A DNA stretch of 32,971 bases, taken from positions 1-32,971 of the forward strand of contig NW_021832016.1 in NCBI RefSeq assembly GCF_006345805.1. The letters are read 5' to 3'. Position 1 is the first letter of the stretch. Each line of letters opens with the position of its first letter. This DNA comes from Octopus sinensis. Its lineage: Eukaryota. Position numbers and translations under genes: made by a program. The notes beneath the pieces were generated by a model. It was given only the letters and a program-made list of their open reading frames with translations, ran no database searches and had not been told where the DNA came from. Below, one piece after another: positions 10,657-22,829 of the stretch.

Positions 10657-11189
10657 TATATATATATACACACACACACATGCGCGCGCGTACATACACA
10701 CACGAACGCACGCACACGCACATACACACTCATACACATTAACCCAGTTTCCGTTAACTCATATTCTACGACATGAGACTATTGTATAAGACAAAATTTT
10801 AAGCGCCAAGCAGTGACATCAAGTCCGAGATCTCCCGATTGCGAAGTGAATCTTTTAATCATTCAGCTCTGATTCGTCCTCATACATGCACATACACATA
10901 CAAGCATCCATGCGCATTCGCATGTAATACTCACACAGGCATACACGTGTGTGAGTGTTACATGCAAATGTGCACAGATGTTTGAGTATGTAAATCATGT
11001 GTTACTTTTTCTCATTTGTATAGACTCGTCTCATCAATTAAACGCTACTTGTTTTAAAGAGAAAATACTGAAAGAGAGTTACGACTTCCTTATGGCGTAA
11101 TATTGAAGACAATTTTGTAGAAAATGATTTAACTCTAAACATTTTTAACAAAGGAATAAATGTGGGGAGTTGTTAATGGATTAAATGGA

Positions 11190-11278
11190 ATCCAGTTCTC
11201 AGCTGGTACTTCAGTTTATTAATCCCGCAGGATGGATGAAAGAAGTTGACCTCGGCGAGAATTGAACAAAATATTTCA
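11190..11278 (-). mobile_element. SINE family B-related fragment
   Basis: CTGGTACTTCAGTTTATTAATCCCGCAGGATGGATGAAAGAAGTTGACCTCGGCGAGAATTGAAC. Confidence 0.6.
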
Positions 11279-11564
11279 AAGGGCTTTTTCTGATGTTCTA
11301 CAGATTAACATGATTTTTAACATATGAGACACACGCTCCGGCTGATTAATAACGAATTTTAGATTTTCGAAAAACACCAATTTTATGGATGGCTGTTGTA
11401 ATCAATGCCATTATTTTTATGTTATTATATTATCTGCACATACACAATCTGGTAGGTAGCTAGGCATTCTGCCTAAAAGGTATTTAAAATTTTATATTTG
11501 TGTATGTATAGATATGTGTGTGCGCGCACATGTTTGTGTGTGTATGTATGCATGTGTATGTAGG

Positions 11565-11740
11565 TCCGCTCCCTCACCACTTGATCACCTATGTTTATTT
11601 ATGTCCACGTGATTAAAAAGTTCAGAAAATGTGATCGATAAGAGAAGTACTAAAGTTAAAGTAAAGAGTAGGGACAGTTTTTCCGACTAAAACTTTTCAA
11701 GGTACTGCTCTGGTATGGTCGCAATTCCAAGATCGCAACT
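11565..11740 (+). mobile_element. SINE family A 3' half, degenerate
   Basis: Diverged match to CCACCACTTGACAACC...GATAGAATAAGTACT...GACTAAAA...TTCAAGG. Confidence 0.5.
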
Positions 11741-11741
11741 G

Positions 11742-11743
<2 letters not shown>

Positions 11744-11839
<96 letters not shown>

Positions 11840-11866
11840 TATATATATATATATATCATATATATA
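11744..11866. repeat. Long (TA)n microsatellite
   Basis: Direct reading. Confidence 0.95.
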
Positions 11867-11899
11867 TAAATGGGGGGTGGGGTGATAACTTCATTTTGA

Positions 11900-13270
11900 T
11901 GAATATATATATTTAAAGATTATGAGGTTTGACACGAGTAAATATATATTAAAAAGAGAAAATACTTTGAGAACTTTATGATGAATAAAATGAGGAAAAT
12001 ATTTAAACTTCTATCAAAATATGCTACCGGTTTCAATTGTATATGACAATTTAGTCGTGGAATAAGAAAAGAGAACATGAATTAAATGAAATAAGTATTT
12101 GATGATTATAGTTTTGAAAGCTCACATGCTTGCCATAAAATTCAGACGGTACTGGTTGTTGGTGTCCTTTCGTTCCATTAAATGAAGTAATCGACGAGGT
12201 AGGTTTTCTAGTTTTCTTGTATACATTCAAAGAAAAAGTTACCATATTTTTGTAGTTATTTGTGGTATATCGTAATCTTTAGGTAACCCTTAATTAAATT
12301 TGCAAAAGAGTGAGTTGTCTTCTTTGTTTCAGTTTTGTCAACTTTCGGTTTTTCACAGAAGTTGTTAGATTTACTGTTAAAGTTGATAATATAATCGTAA
12401 TTTTTATCATTGTGTCCTTTATGGTGTAAGTTTATCAATATTTTTAAGCTTTTAGTTTTTTTTTTTTGGGTGATTGTAGTGTTCATAGTGTGTATTGCCT
12501 TCAAATACAGATAACAAAATTTTTATGGTATTCTGTATCCATCAGGATGACTGTAGTTCCTTTATCGGCCTCTTTAATTGTTATTTCTATATAATTTTTT
12601 AAAATATGCTTATGTTTTCCCTTTCACTCTTGGCGAAATTGATTTCGGTTTTTGTTTGTGTGTGTTCATATGGCTAATTTTAAATGTATTCACAGAAATT
12701 CGTAACGGTTTCTTACATAATTTTTGCTGGAGTAAAATTACTGCTGCCTCTTACCACAGGTTCGTCATCGTTATTTCTGCCGTATGTTCTGTCGAATTAT
12801 AAAGTGTCATCTTTCATTTCATTAAATCTTCGAGGTGTTAGTGTAAAATTGAATCCTTAGAGGAGAGTACACTAATTTGCTGTGCCGTTAATATTTTCCT
12901 TGCAAAAATTTATAATTTTCATAACTTTTGGCTTCTTCTATTTCTTTGGAACCAACAAGTATCTCTCGTCCCGTGGACAGATTCTAAAAAAAAAACGGAT
13001 GTTACAATTATGTCGGTGAATGTTGTTAATATATCTCCTCTTGCTGTAGTTTACAGGGTGTTTCATTTTTTGTTTTTTAACGTGTTTTCGAAATTCGTTC
13101 CGTTGCCGTGTTACGGGGGAAAAATTTACTGGTCGTTTCTCATTGTGGAAGGAATGTCGTACTGTCGACTTTGAAGTAGGTTCCTTTCTGAAGGAAATAG
13201 GTTCCTTTCTTGTGAAGTACAACTGTCTTTTGTCTGAAGAAAATTTATAAGCTTGGTGTTGGTCTTTTAT
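11900..13270 (-). mobile_element. Decayed PLE ORF, N-terminal/early RT region
   Basis: The minus strand reads IKEADKGTTVILMDTEYH (about 12525-12578; ADKG is the typical PLE pre-RT motif), then PVPSEFYG and LKPVA further downstream. Multiple stops; boundaries approximate. Confidence 0.6.
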
Positions 13271-13420
13271 CATATCCAAAGTATGTGCCTGCGTAGTGTG
13301 TGTGTCTGTTTGTGTGTGTGTGCGCGCACACACACACACACACGCACACAATATGTATGCGTATATTTATATCAAGTACATATGTGAACATTTGTGTGTA
13401 TAAATATATATATCCATATA

Positions 13421-13659
13421 TTTTTTCTTTTATTTTTTCTTTATTTGTTTCAGTCATTTGACTGCAGCCATGCTGGAGCACCACCTTTAGTCGTTCAAAT
13501 CGACACCAGGAATTATTCTTTGTAGGCCTAGTACTTATTTTATCGGTCACTATTGCCGAACCGTTAAGTTACAGGGACGTAAATACACCAACATCGGTTG
13601 TCAAGCGATGGTGGGGGACAAACACAGACACACAAATACATGCACACGTACATACATAC

Positions 13660-13715
<56 letters not shown>

Positions 13716-13873
13716 ATATATGACAGGCTACTTTCAGTTTCCATCTACCAAATCCACTCACAAGGCTTTGGTCGCCACGAGGCTATAGCAGAGGTCACTT
13801 GCCCAAGATGCCACACAGTGGGATTGAACCCGGAAGCATGTAGTTGGAAAGCAAGCTTCTTACCACACATCCA
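13421..13873 (-). mobile_element. SINE family A, full length, with internal (TA)n
   Basis: All blocks present, from the tail to the head AAGCAAGCTTCTTACCACACA. Confidence 0.92.
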
Positions 13874-13911
13874 CTCTTACACCTATATATACTATATATA
13901 TATATATATAT

Positions 13912-14110
13912 ACAGTTCAAATTTACAGAAAACAATAAACGAAGACAGGTAAGAGAACAACAAGCAGGTGCATTAGTTTAACACTCGGAGAGAATGGAAA
14001 GGTCTTGACGTTTCGAGCTAACGCTCTTCGACAGGAAGTATTGAGAGGAAAAAAATGCAGAGAGAACAAAAAAAAAAAAAACGGACAGACAAAAGAATTA
14101 CGCACACCTC
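13912..14110 (-). mobile_element. Solo PLE pseudo-LTR-like module with degenerate hammerhead motif (14003-14037)
   Basis: Minus strand CTGTCGA-A-GAGC-GTTA-GCTC-GAAA-CG-TC. Abuts (TA)n. Stem I is not convincing. Confidence 0.5.
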
Positions 14111-14151
14111 CACCCCCATACATCCACACCTATATCATTAAATATATATGC

Positions 14152-14184
<33 letters not shown>

Positions 14185-14472
14185 TGCGTGTGTATATAAT
14201 GTATACATATACACATATATACTTATATGAATATATATTATATATATTTGTGTATATATATATTTATATATGCATGTATGTATGTACATATATATATATG
14301 TATATACATATATGTATATATGATATTTATATGTATATATTGTAGTAACATATAATATACATGCATTCACACACTCACTGAAACATATACACAAACATAC
14401 TTGTATATAATATCTATACATACACACACATATATATTTGCAATAACTTTGTATACAATATATATATATATA

Positions 14473-14812
14473 TACTTTGATACTTTGATACTTTGATAGG
14501 TTTCGGCCATTATTGGCCCAGGCCATGTCTAACTTAATAGCACCACCTGGTGAAGTCTTTCAAGTCAGAATTTGGGCACTATGGCCCACTCAAGTAGAGA
14601 GTTATTGTTTACAGAGACATATCCGGGTGTAGGGGGTTTATCCGGGATTTCTTGAAGGAATCTGTCCAAAGACTTCTTGAACCCTATAGGGTCAGTTTCT
14701 TTTTTAATGTGTTTTGGTGTAATGTTAAAGAGAGCGGGGCCAATTGAGGTGAAATAATTGTGCCGTATTGTTGTTATGCGATGAGAGTGCGATTTTTGTT
14801 TTGGGCGGATGT
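14473..14812 (-). mobile_element. CR1/L2-type LINE 3' end
   Basis: Minus ORF RHNYFTSIGPALFNITPKHIK...FKKSLDRFLQEIPDKP resembles CR1-clade ORF2 C-termini. Ends in an 8-mer tandem tail (TACTTTGA)x3 at 14473-14496. Confidence 0.75.
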
Positions 14813-14875
14813 TTATATATATATAAACACACAATACACCCAGCTCTCATTTACATATTTCCATTTATTTAAGGG

Positions 14876-14912
<37 letters not shown>

Positions 14913-15000
14913 ATACATAACCCTGCACACACCCTCGATACGCACAGAAATACGTAGGTGTGTTGTTTCTTGCTTTGTTGCAATAAGCACTGTCAGGTCA

Positions 15001-15047
<47 letters not shown>

Positions 15048-15064
15048 AGAAGAAGAAGAAGAAG

Positions 15065-15096
<32 letters not shown>

Positions 15097-15120
15097 CGAC
15101 GACGACAGCACAACTACAAC
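15001..15120. repeat. (GAA)n(CAA)n(CGA)n compound microsatellite
   Basis: Direct reading. Confidence 0.95.
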
Positions 15121-15444
15121 AACAAAGGTGAAAAAGGGATCCAAAGATAACGTGTTGGATACTTGATGGAAAAAGAAGAGGACGGCTGAAAAAAATCTAG
15201 AAAGAAAAAAGAAGTGAATGCGTTATAATTTAAATATTTATATATAAAGATAATACTGTTTACATATAGTTATCATCCTGTAGGGATGACAAGAACATTA
15301 TCGAATGTGCCCTTTCATTTTTAAGAAAGTCGTAGTGTGATATTCGGTTGTTTGTTCTAGCTAGTCGAGTAGCCCTATAGACTTCCGTATTAGCTTGTCG
15401 TCTATGTGTTTGTTAAATACGTGCATTCTATTCCTGTTTTGCTA

Positions 15445-15685
15445 CATACATACATACATGCATACATACATACATACATACATACATACATACATTCATA
15501 CATACATACATACATACATACATACATACATGCATACATACATACATACATACATGCATACATACATACATGCATACATGCATACATGCATACATACATA
15601 CATGCATACATGCATACATACATACATGCATACATGCATACATACATACATACATACATACATGCATACATGCATACATACATAC
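15445..15685. repeat. (CATA)n/(CATG) interrupted microsatellite
   Basis: Direct reading. Confidence 0.95.
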
Positions 15686-16140
15686 AAACACATGCAAATA
15701 AAGGCGTATGCGCGCGCGTGTGTATTTGTGTACGAGTGTGTGTGTGTGCATGTGTGTGTGTGTGTGTGTGTTTTTCATAATGTACGATTAAAATCGCAGT
15801 AAATTCCTCTTGAACTTCTTCGGACAAAATATACCCTCGCAAACGTTGTACATGTTTACATGTATGTATGTATGTATGTATGTATGTATGTATGTATGTA
15901 TGTATGTACGCACGTACGTACGTATGTATATATGTATGTATGCATGTGTGTATGTATGTATTTATTTATGTATGTATGTGTGTTTCCGCCTACCAATTAC
16001 ACTCTCACTGGTCATCTAGGGTCTATACGAGAAGACATTTATCCAAGATAAGGCGCAGTATGGTTGAGCCCCAAACCAAGTGGTTGTAAAGCGCGGTTCT
16101 TACTTGCAGAGCCATACCTGCATGCACGCGCGCGCACACA

Positions 16141-16188
<48 letters not shown>

Positions 16189-16267
16189 CACACACAGCAC
16201 ACACACTTACACACATAGCACACACGCGCACCACTCAGGCACACACACGTTGTAATATGTTAAATAT

Positions 16268-16303
<36 letters not shown>

Positions 16304-16675
16304 ATAACTATATATATATATATATATATATAACATTTATTTATTCATTTGTAAGAAAACTGTGCGTAAGAGAAATTCAAACATGCATACAAACGTATAT
16401 GGGAACACGTACACAGGTACATACGCACAAATACATACACATCTAACATTAGTATGCACACACTTGATGTATGGCGTGTGTGAATTAGAAAAAAAAACAC
16501 TTGGTTGAGTAAGGGAAAGGAAAATGTACTTTACCGCTATCTAACTGTACATTCCGTTCTTGCTGCTGACACAATACGACTTGCTGATATAACGTTACTC
16601 TCTATTTATTCACTACAACTTTCTATTAAATCTCTGTCTGTCTGTCTCTTTAGCAGTTTGATTCTTCATCCTTGT

Positions 16676-16830
16676 GGCTGTGTGGTAAGAACTTTTCTTT
16701 CCAACTACATGGTTCTGGATTCAATACCACTGCGTGACACCTTAGGAAAGTGTCTTTTACTGTAGCCTCATGTCGACCAAAGAAAGTCTTGTGAGTGGAT
16801 TGGGTCGACGAAAACTGAAAGAAGCCCGTC

Positions 16831-16886
<56 letters not shown>

Positions 16887-17120
16887 TGTGTGTGTGTGTG
16901 TGTCTTTGTGTCAGTGCCCCCCCCCATTACTGCTTGAAACCGGTGTTCGTGTATTTACGTACCCGTAACTTAGCGGTTCAGCAAGAAATTCCGATATATT
17001 AAGAACCAGGCTTTAAAAAGTAAGTTCTGAGGTCGATTTGTTTGGCTAAAACATTTCAAGGCGGTGCCCCAGCAAGGCTACAGTCAAAAATGACTGAAAG
17101 AATTAAAAGGACAAAAAAGG
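16676..17120 (+). mobile_element. SINE family A, full length
   Basis: GGCTGTGTGGTAAGAAC (A-box-like)...GGATTCAATACC (B-box-like)...GAAAGAAGCCCGTCG-(TA)n(TG)n...AATGACTGAAAG. Confidence 0.9.
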
Positions 17121-17158
17121 ATATATATATTACTCTTTTGCACGTATCTGTCAGTCGA

Positions 17159-17494
17159 AGAAATCGACCCCAGAACTTATTCTTTGTAAGTCTTGTATTT
17201 ATTCTATCAACTCATTTGCCGAACCGCTAATTTTCGTTGATATAAGCACACCAACATCTGTTGTCGAGTAATGGTTGGGGTGAGGGGCAAACACAGACGC
17301 AAAGGCACACTTACAAATATATATATGCATATATATACACGGCAGGCTTGTTTCAGTTTCCGTCTAACAAATCCACTCACAAGGTTTTGGTCAGCCCGAG
17401 GCTGTAGTAGAAGACACTTGCTCAAAGTGTCACACAATGGGACTGAAGCCGGGACCATGTGGTTGGGAAGAAAACTTCTTACTACATTGCCACG
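17159..17494 (-). mobile_element. SINE family A, 3'-truncated, tail-to-tail with the previous copy
   Basis: Reverse-complement match to the family A blocks. Confidence 0.88.
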
Positions 17495-18654
17495 TCTGCG
17501 CCATATATTATATATATATATATAGTCAATTCAAATAAACAATCAATTTAAAAAAACGAATAATAGAATTAACGGACAACAAAAGGACGTGCACAAGGAG
17601 TGTATCATATATATATATATGTACATATGTTATATAATAAACAAAGTTCGTGTGTGTGTGTGTGTGTGCGTATGTTCCTTATGGATTCGAAAACTGAGAT
17701 GCTGATTTTGACCTATTAGGTACCAAAACATTTAGTAATCTTTCAGCTACCAAATAAAGTATGTTTTTTGCACAGCAACTCTTTTTTACTACAAAAATAA
17801 CCTCGAAAACGAGGTCGGGTCGCACAACTTTGAGGTCTTTAGTTAAGGGAAGCTACTCTGCTTGAACAAATTTTACGTCTTAGAGCATAATGAAAAGATG
17901 TTTAAAATACATGGAGTTTTACCACCAGGGAATGAAACTTCGAAGATATACCATCAACTTTGTTACTGTTATTTAGTAGACAATATTTTAATGTGAAGTA
18001 TGTTTGTGTTATATTTAGCTCAGAGTTGCCTCTGATGTAGCAGACTTTTTTTCTTTCTGAAATACTGTAACTTTGTGTTTTTTTTTTATGAAAGGATTAT
18101 TTTAAAGAGAGATTTGGCTGCTATTTGTAGTAGCTCAAGTTACCACAGAAACACACATGTGTGTGTGTATGCGTGCGTGCGTGCGTACGTGCGTGTGTGT
18201 GTATGTGTGTTTTGGTGTGGTGAAAAAAGTATATTTTCCCAGAATATTTTTCACAATTTTTAAAGAAATCTGGACGCCTTTCTTACTGCTCACCATTCAA
18301 CTTCAAATTTCAATTGTTAATAGGCGGAAGTCAAGTTGACTGAGATGTACATAATGTTATCGTATAGAGTGGAAGTTCAATACGAAGTTTTGAACTCATT
18401 TTCTTGTGGTTTGTAATCCATTCCCTTAAATTTGAAGCCATTAAATCTTTAAACATTATTTTACTTGGTTTAGTCTTTCGACTGTCGCCATGATGGGGTA
18501 TCACCTCCAAAAATTTAATTGATCATACTAACGTATTTCAATCTGGCATTTATTTTATTGATCTCTGCTTGATGAACTTTTAGACTTAGTGGGGCACAAT
18601 ACTCGATTTAACAACAAATGTAATCACTCACACACACACATATATTATGTGCAA

Positions 18655-19225
18655 GAATGACTGTGTGCTTGAGCAATTTGCTTCGTAACCGCATGGTTCC
18701 ACGTTCAGTCTCTCTGCATGGTACCTTGAACAAGTTTCTACTATAGCCCTAGGCCAACCACAGACTTGTGACTGAATTTGGTTGGCGGAAACTGCAGCGT
18801 TGTTCATTAGAAAATGACCGAAAACATGTTTATAGAGAAGTTGTTTGCTTCACACTCTTCGCGTGCCGATTCTGCCCATAAGAAAGTAACAGCCATGTGG
18901 CTGTGGGTCACAACACCCGGGCAACGCCGGGGTGCAATGCTAGAATATGTGTGTGTGTGTATATATATATATATGGGGCGTGTGGGTGTCTATGTGTGCC
19001 TTTGTGTTATGCTTTGTCCTTAACTACTGCTTGACAACCGATGCTAGTTTTTTTATGGCCCCCGTAACTAGCGGTTCAGCAAACAAGACTGATAGAATAA
19101 ATACCAAGCTTGAAGAAAAAAACAACAAAAGAAAATCTTGTGGTGCCGAATCGTTCGACTAAAATCGAAGACGGCGCCCCTGCATTGTTCGCAGTTCAAT
19201 GGCAGAAACAAGTAAAAGATAAAAT
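18655..19225 (+). mobile_element. Degenerate SINE family A with about 150 bp of extra sequence at 18800-18945
   Basis: Head block at 18655-18797 and tail block at about 18985-19225, in the correct order. Confidence 0.7.
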
Positions 19226-19734
19226 ATATATGTATAACAATTATAACTTCCCAGCCGACCTGTTTGTTCAGTGCTCATTCGTGAGATGCAATAATTGGTG
19301 AGGAGTGTGTGTTGGATAGCATATTTGACAAAATACCGAGGCGCAACAACGCAAAAGTACACACGAACGCACGAAATTTATGGTGCTAAAACTAACCCTG
19401 TGAGCAATAAGCCAATGTTTTAATTTATTTTCCCTATTATTTATAGATAAACATCGGGCTGTAAATATTATTAGAAACAATGTAAGATTTAGTGTATCAG
19501 CTGTGCTTTCAAATTGATCACGTAATATATTCTGAGCTACTCACTGAGTGCCTTTTCTTAATAGATTTGTTCTCTCTGAGATAATTTTCTTGTCCCTCTT
19601 TCACGTTTTCGATTCTTGCAAACACGCCTATGCATCTTACACAGACTTCAGGTACGTGTATTCATGCATACGTACATACACACACACACATACATACATG
19701 CATACATACATACATACATACATACATACATACA

Positions 19735-19767
<33 letters not shown>

Positions 19768-21016
19768 GTGCGTGTGTATGCTCATGCTCGCGTGCGCTTG
19801 TTGCAGGTATGCAGCATTCTTCCTAAGCACTAGATTCCTTTCTTTTGAAATATTGGGATCTCAGAGACCTGAGTGCTAAAGATAGTCAAACTTCAACATT
19901 TCACTGGGTTGAATTCTATACGTAATCATGCAGCCATCTTCTCCTCTGGACTCAGGGCCCGCCACGTTCCTTGGTGGTGATAAAAACAGTACACAGTAGT
20001 ACACCGCAATAGAAAATGAGAGAGTCAGGTAAGCCGAGATGGCTACAGGGGGTAGGAAGCAGAAGACTAGGGGATCGCGAAGGAAGCTGAAACATGCTGA
20101 ACCCAGGAGGTCTTTGGTGTGATTTGTTATGGAAGGCTAGGATATGGCAACTACATACCCAAGAAGTTAAGTAATACGATTGCTAGAGGCGAGGAAATGG
20201 CTCATAGTGCCGAGAATCTGAGAGACAATAAATGAAGTTCACCGTGTAAAAACTGGTAGGATTCGTCTGCCAGGGACAGCGGAAACAGCAGATTCAGGCA
20301 CTTCAACGACTGCTGGTGTGGAAGAACTCTAGGGCGACATCCTCCTGCGTGCTGTAGCTGACCTCTTGTCAACCCAAACAACTTTAAATCTGGGGTAAGG
20401 ATGAAAACTAATTTTGCTTGTAGAGCGGGGTAATTCTTTGCATCCTGAAACACATTTTAACCGGATGTCTAGGGGCACAGGAACAAGAGGAGGAACAGCA
20501 AAGTCCTTACCGGACCTGTACGGAGTTAAAGCCAACAAACCGCAGATATCACTACCTAAACGAACCAGATTGCTAAGAGAATAAGGGTCCGGAAGCAAAA
20601 GTGAATGTGGGAACCTGTTTTCTATTTTGTATCAAGTTTCCTTGATGGTAATATTTTCCTTCTTCATCTCTTTGTACAATGTCTGTGGGTTAGAAGCAAA
20701 ACCTGTGAATTATACACTCTCATTCAAAAATTTGCCTGTGGTTGCAAAAATTTTTGCTCAGCGCCCTGAATTCGTGTTTTCGCATAATTAACATTCCCGC
20801 AAGAGTTTGGTGTGTAAAGTCACCATAGAGTCTTGTTAATTTATTCATAAGATGTAATTGATGAGGTGTAAACTCATTATTCCTCTTACATTTTATTATC
20901 GTGGTTAACCATCCAATATGGCGGCACAAATTGTTGATACCTTTTTCAAGTTTTATTTTCCATCTAGATTACTTCCGTTTAGTAGTTTCATTACCATGTA
21001 TATTCAGATCTCTCCA

Positions 21017-21230
21017 ATGTATGTATGTATGTATGTATGCATGTATGTATGTATGTATGTATGTATGTATGTATGTATGTATGTATGTATGTATGTATGT
21101 ATGTATGTATGTATGTATGCATGTGTGTATGTATGTATGTATGTATGTATGTATGTATGTATGCATGTATGCATGTATGCATGTATGTATGTATGTATGT
21201 ATGTATGTATGTATGTATGTATGTATGCAT
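21017..21230. repeat. (TATG)n microsatellite
   Basis: Direct reading. Confidence 0.95.
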
Positions 21231-21288
21231 GTATCTATATACATATTCACACACACATATATATGTATATATATATATATATATATAT

Positions 21289-22475
21289 CAGGGGTGGCCA
21301 AACCGCGGCTCGCGAGCCACATGCGGCTCTTTGACCTTTAATATGCAGCTTGTGGAAATATGTTGGCCGAGCTCCTTTCTTCATCGCAGTTAATATAAAA
21401 GGTAAATAAGAAAAAATTCAAGCTTTATAATTATTTACTGGGTATGAAATGAGACACCATTAGATTAAAAGACAAGTTTAATATGTTCATGGTTAATAAA
21501 AATGTTTAAGAATTTACATCCCAATTTTAATGCTAGATCTGAATGAGGCATTGCTCTTTAGTGCTGAGGGAATGAATAAGGTACTTTTGTACCTTATCTG
21601 CCATATGTCACTCAGTCAAACGCCACTATGAAACAAATCACAAAACCTTTTCGTATGATTATCCACCTAAATCAGAATTAAGGAAAAACAAATTAACTGT
21701 GTTAAAATCATCAGTAAATATATTTCTTTACTGCCCACAAGGGGCTAAACATAGAGGGGACAAACAAGGACAGACAAAGAGATTAAGTCGATCACATCGA
21801 CTCCAGTGCGTAACTAGTACTTATTTAATCGACCCCGAAAGGATGAAAGGCAAAGTCGACCTCGGCGGAATTTGAACTCAGAACGTAACGGCAGACGAAA
21901 TACGGCTACGCATTTCGCCCGGCGTGCTAACGTTTCTGCCTGCTCAGCCAGCTGACACTGTTGACAACGTTCAGTAAGGAAGGTGATACAACGACTGAAG
22001 CCATTTATGTTATGTTTCGGAATATTGCTAATGCTAAACGCCCATATTCTGATGGCGAATTTATTAAGAAGAATATGGCTGAAGTTGTTGCCGTGTTAGA
22101 TCCAAATAGCACAAGACTTCAGCGACTGATAGCACATACACCGGTTTCACGTCATACTACAGAGAGGTGTATCTCTCAGATCACTGCTGATGTTGCAAGC
22201 AAAATGCAAAATGATTTCAAAAATTTTCTTGCATCCTGTTTAGCTCTTGACGAATCAACAGATATACAAGACAACCCACAACTGGCAATGTTTATTCGTT
22301 GTTTCCTCTGATGTAACTGAGAAAGATGAGATGTTGGACTTAGTGGCATTAAAAAAAAAAACTCGTGGTGTTGACATTAAAAATGCGCTTCACAGAACCT
22401 TAACAAATGCTGATGTTCCACTGAATAAACTCGTCAGCGTTGCAACAGATGGAGCACCACCTGCAATGGTGGGAA

Positions 22476-22478
<3 letters not shown>
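21289..22478 (+). mobile_element. 3'-truncated hAT transposon (Buster/Charlie/SPIN group; GTF2IRD2-like transposase pseudogene)
   Basis: Terminus CAGGGGTGGCCAAAC after (TA)n. KRHYETNH at 21618-21641, KRPYSDGEFIK, ALDESTDI and SVATDGAP motifs. Frameshifted, interrupted by a SINE, no right TIR found. Confidence 0.85.
21721..21949 (-). mobile_element. SINE family B, full length, inserted in the hAT coding region
   Basis: Near-identical to 4734-4969. Transposase-like reading resumes on both sides. Confidence 0.93.
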
Positions 22479-22510
<32 letters not shown>

Positions 22511-22561
22511 AAATAATATGAATAAAAAATGGAGTTAACGCAGGTTTAAACAAGTATTTTT

Positions 22562-22648
22562 ACTTTCTACATATGTTTCGAAAATTCCACTGATACTTAT
22601 TCAAAAGAATAAAAGGTATAAACAATGCAATCTTCTCTTCGGGAAAGT
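22562..22648 (-). ncRNA. Type I hammerhead-like motif with U4C core and a 42-nt loop II
   Basis: ACTTTC-CCGAAGA-GAAGATT-[42 nt]-AATTTTC-GAAA-CATATG-TA-GAAAGT. Stem I has 6 perfect bp, stem II has 7 bp with one G-U, and stem III is palindromic. Confidence 0.78.
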
Positions 22649-22829
22649 GAAAAAACGAAACTTGTCAATACGACATTTTAGCAAAAAATGATGGATTCGT
22701 ATAGCGATAGACAGAACGCTATTAATATTGTTTAAAAAAACGTTATATGATATAACGTCATAAGTAGCTAACAGAAAGAGTAGGGATATTAATAGTGAAT
22801 GTTAAATATAAAGGAAATTAAAGTCTAAA

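Noticed and set aside
14878-15150. ORF with poly-E, poly-Q and poly-R runs
   Set aside because: It is a (GAA)(CAA)(CGA) compound microsatellite starting in a (TG)n tract, with no supporting exon context.
21961-22311. Domesticated GTF2IRD2/EPM2AIP1-like host gene
   Set aside because: It is frameshifted, interrupted by a SINE, truncated and preceded by a hAT terminus, so it is a dead transposon rather than a host gene.
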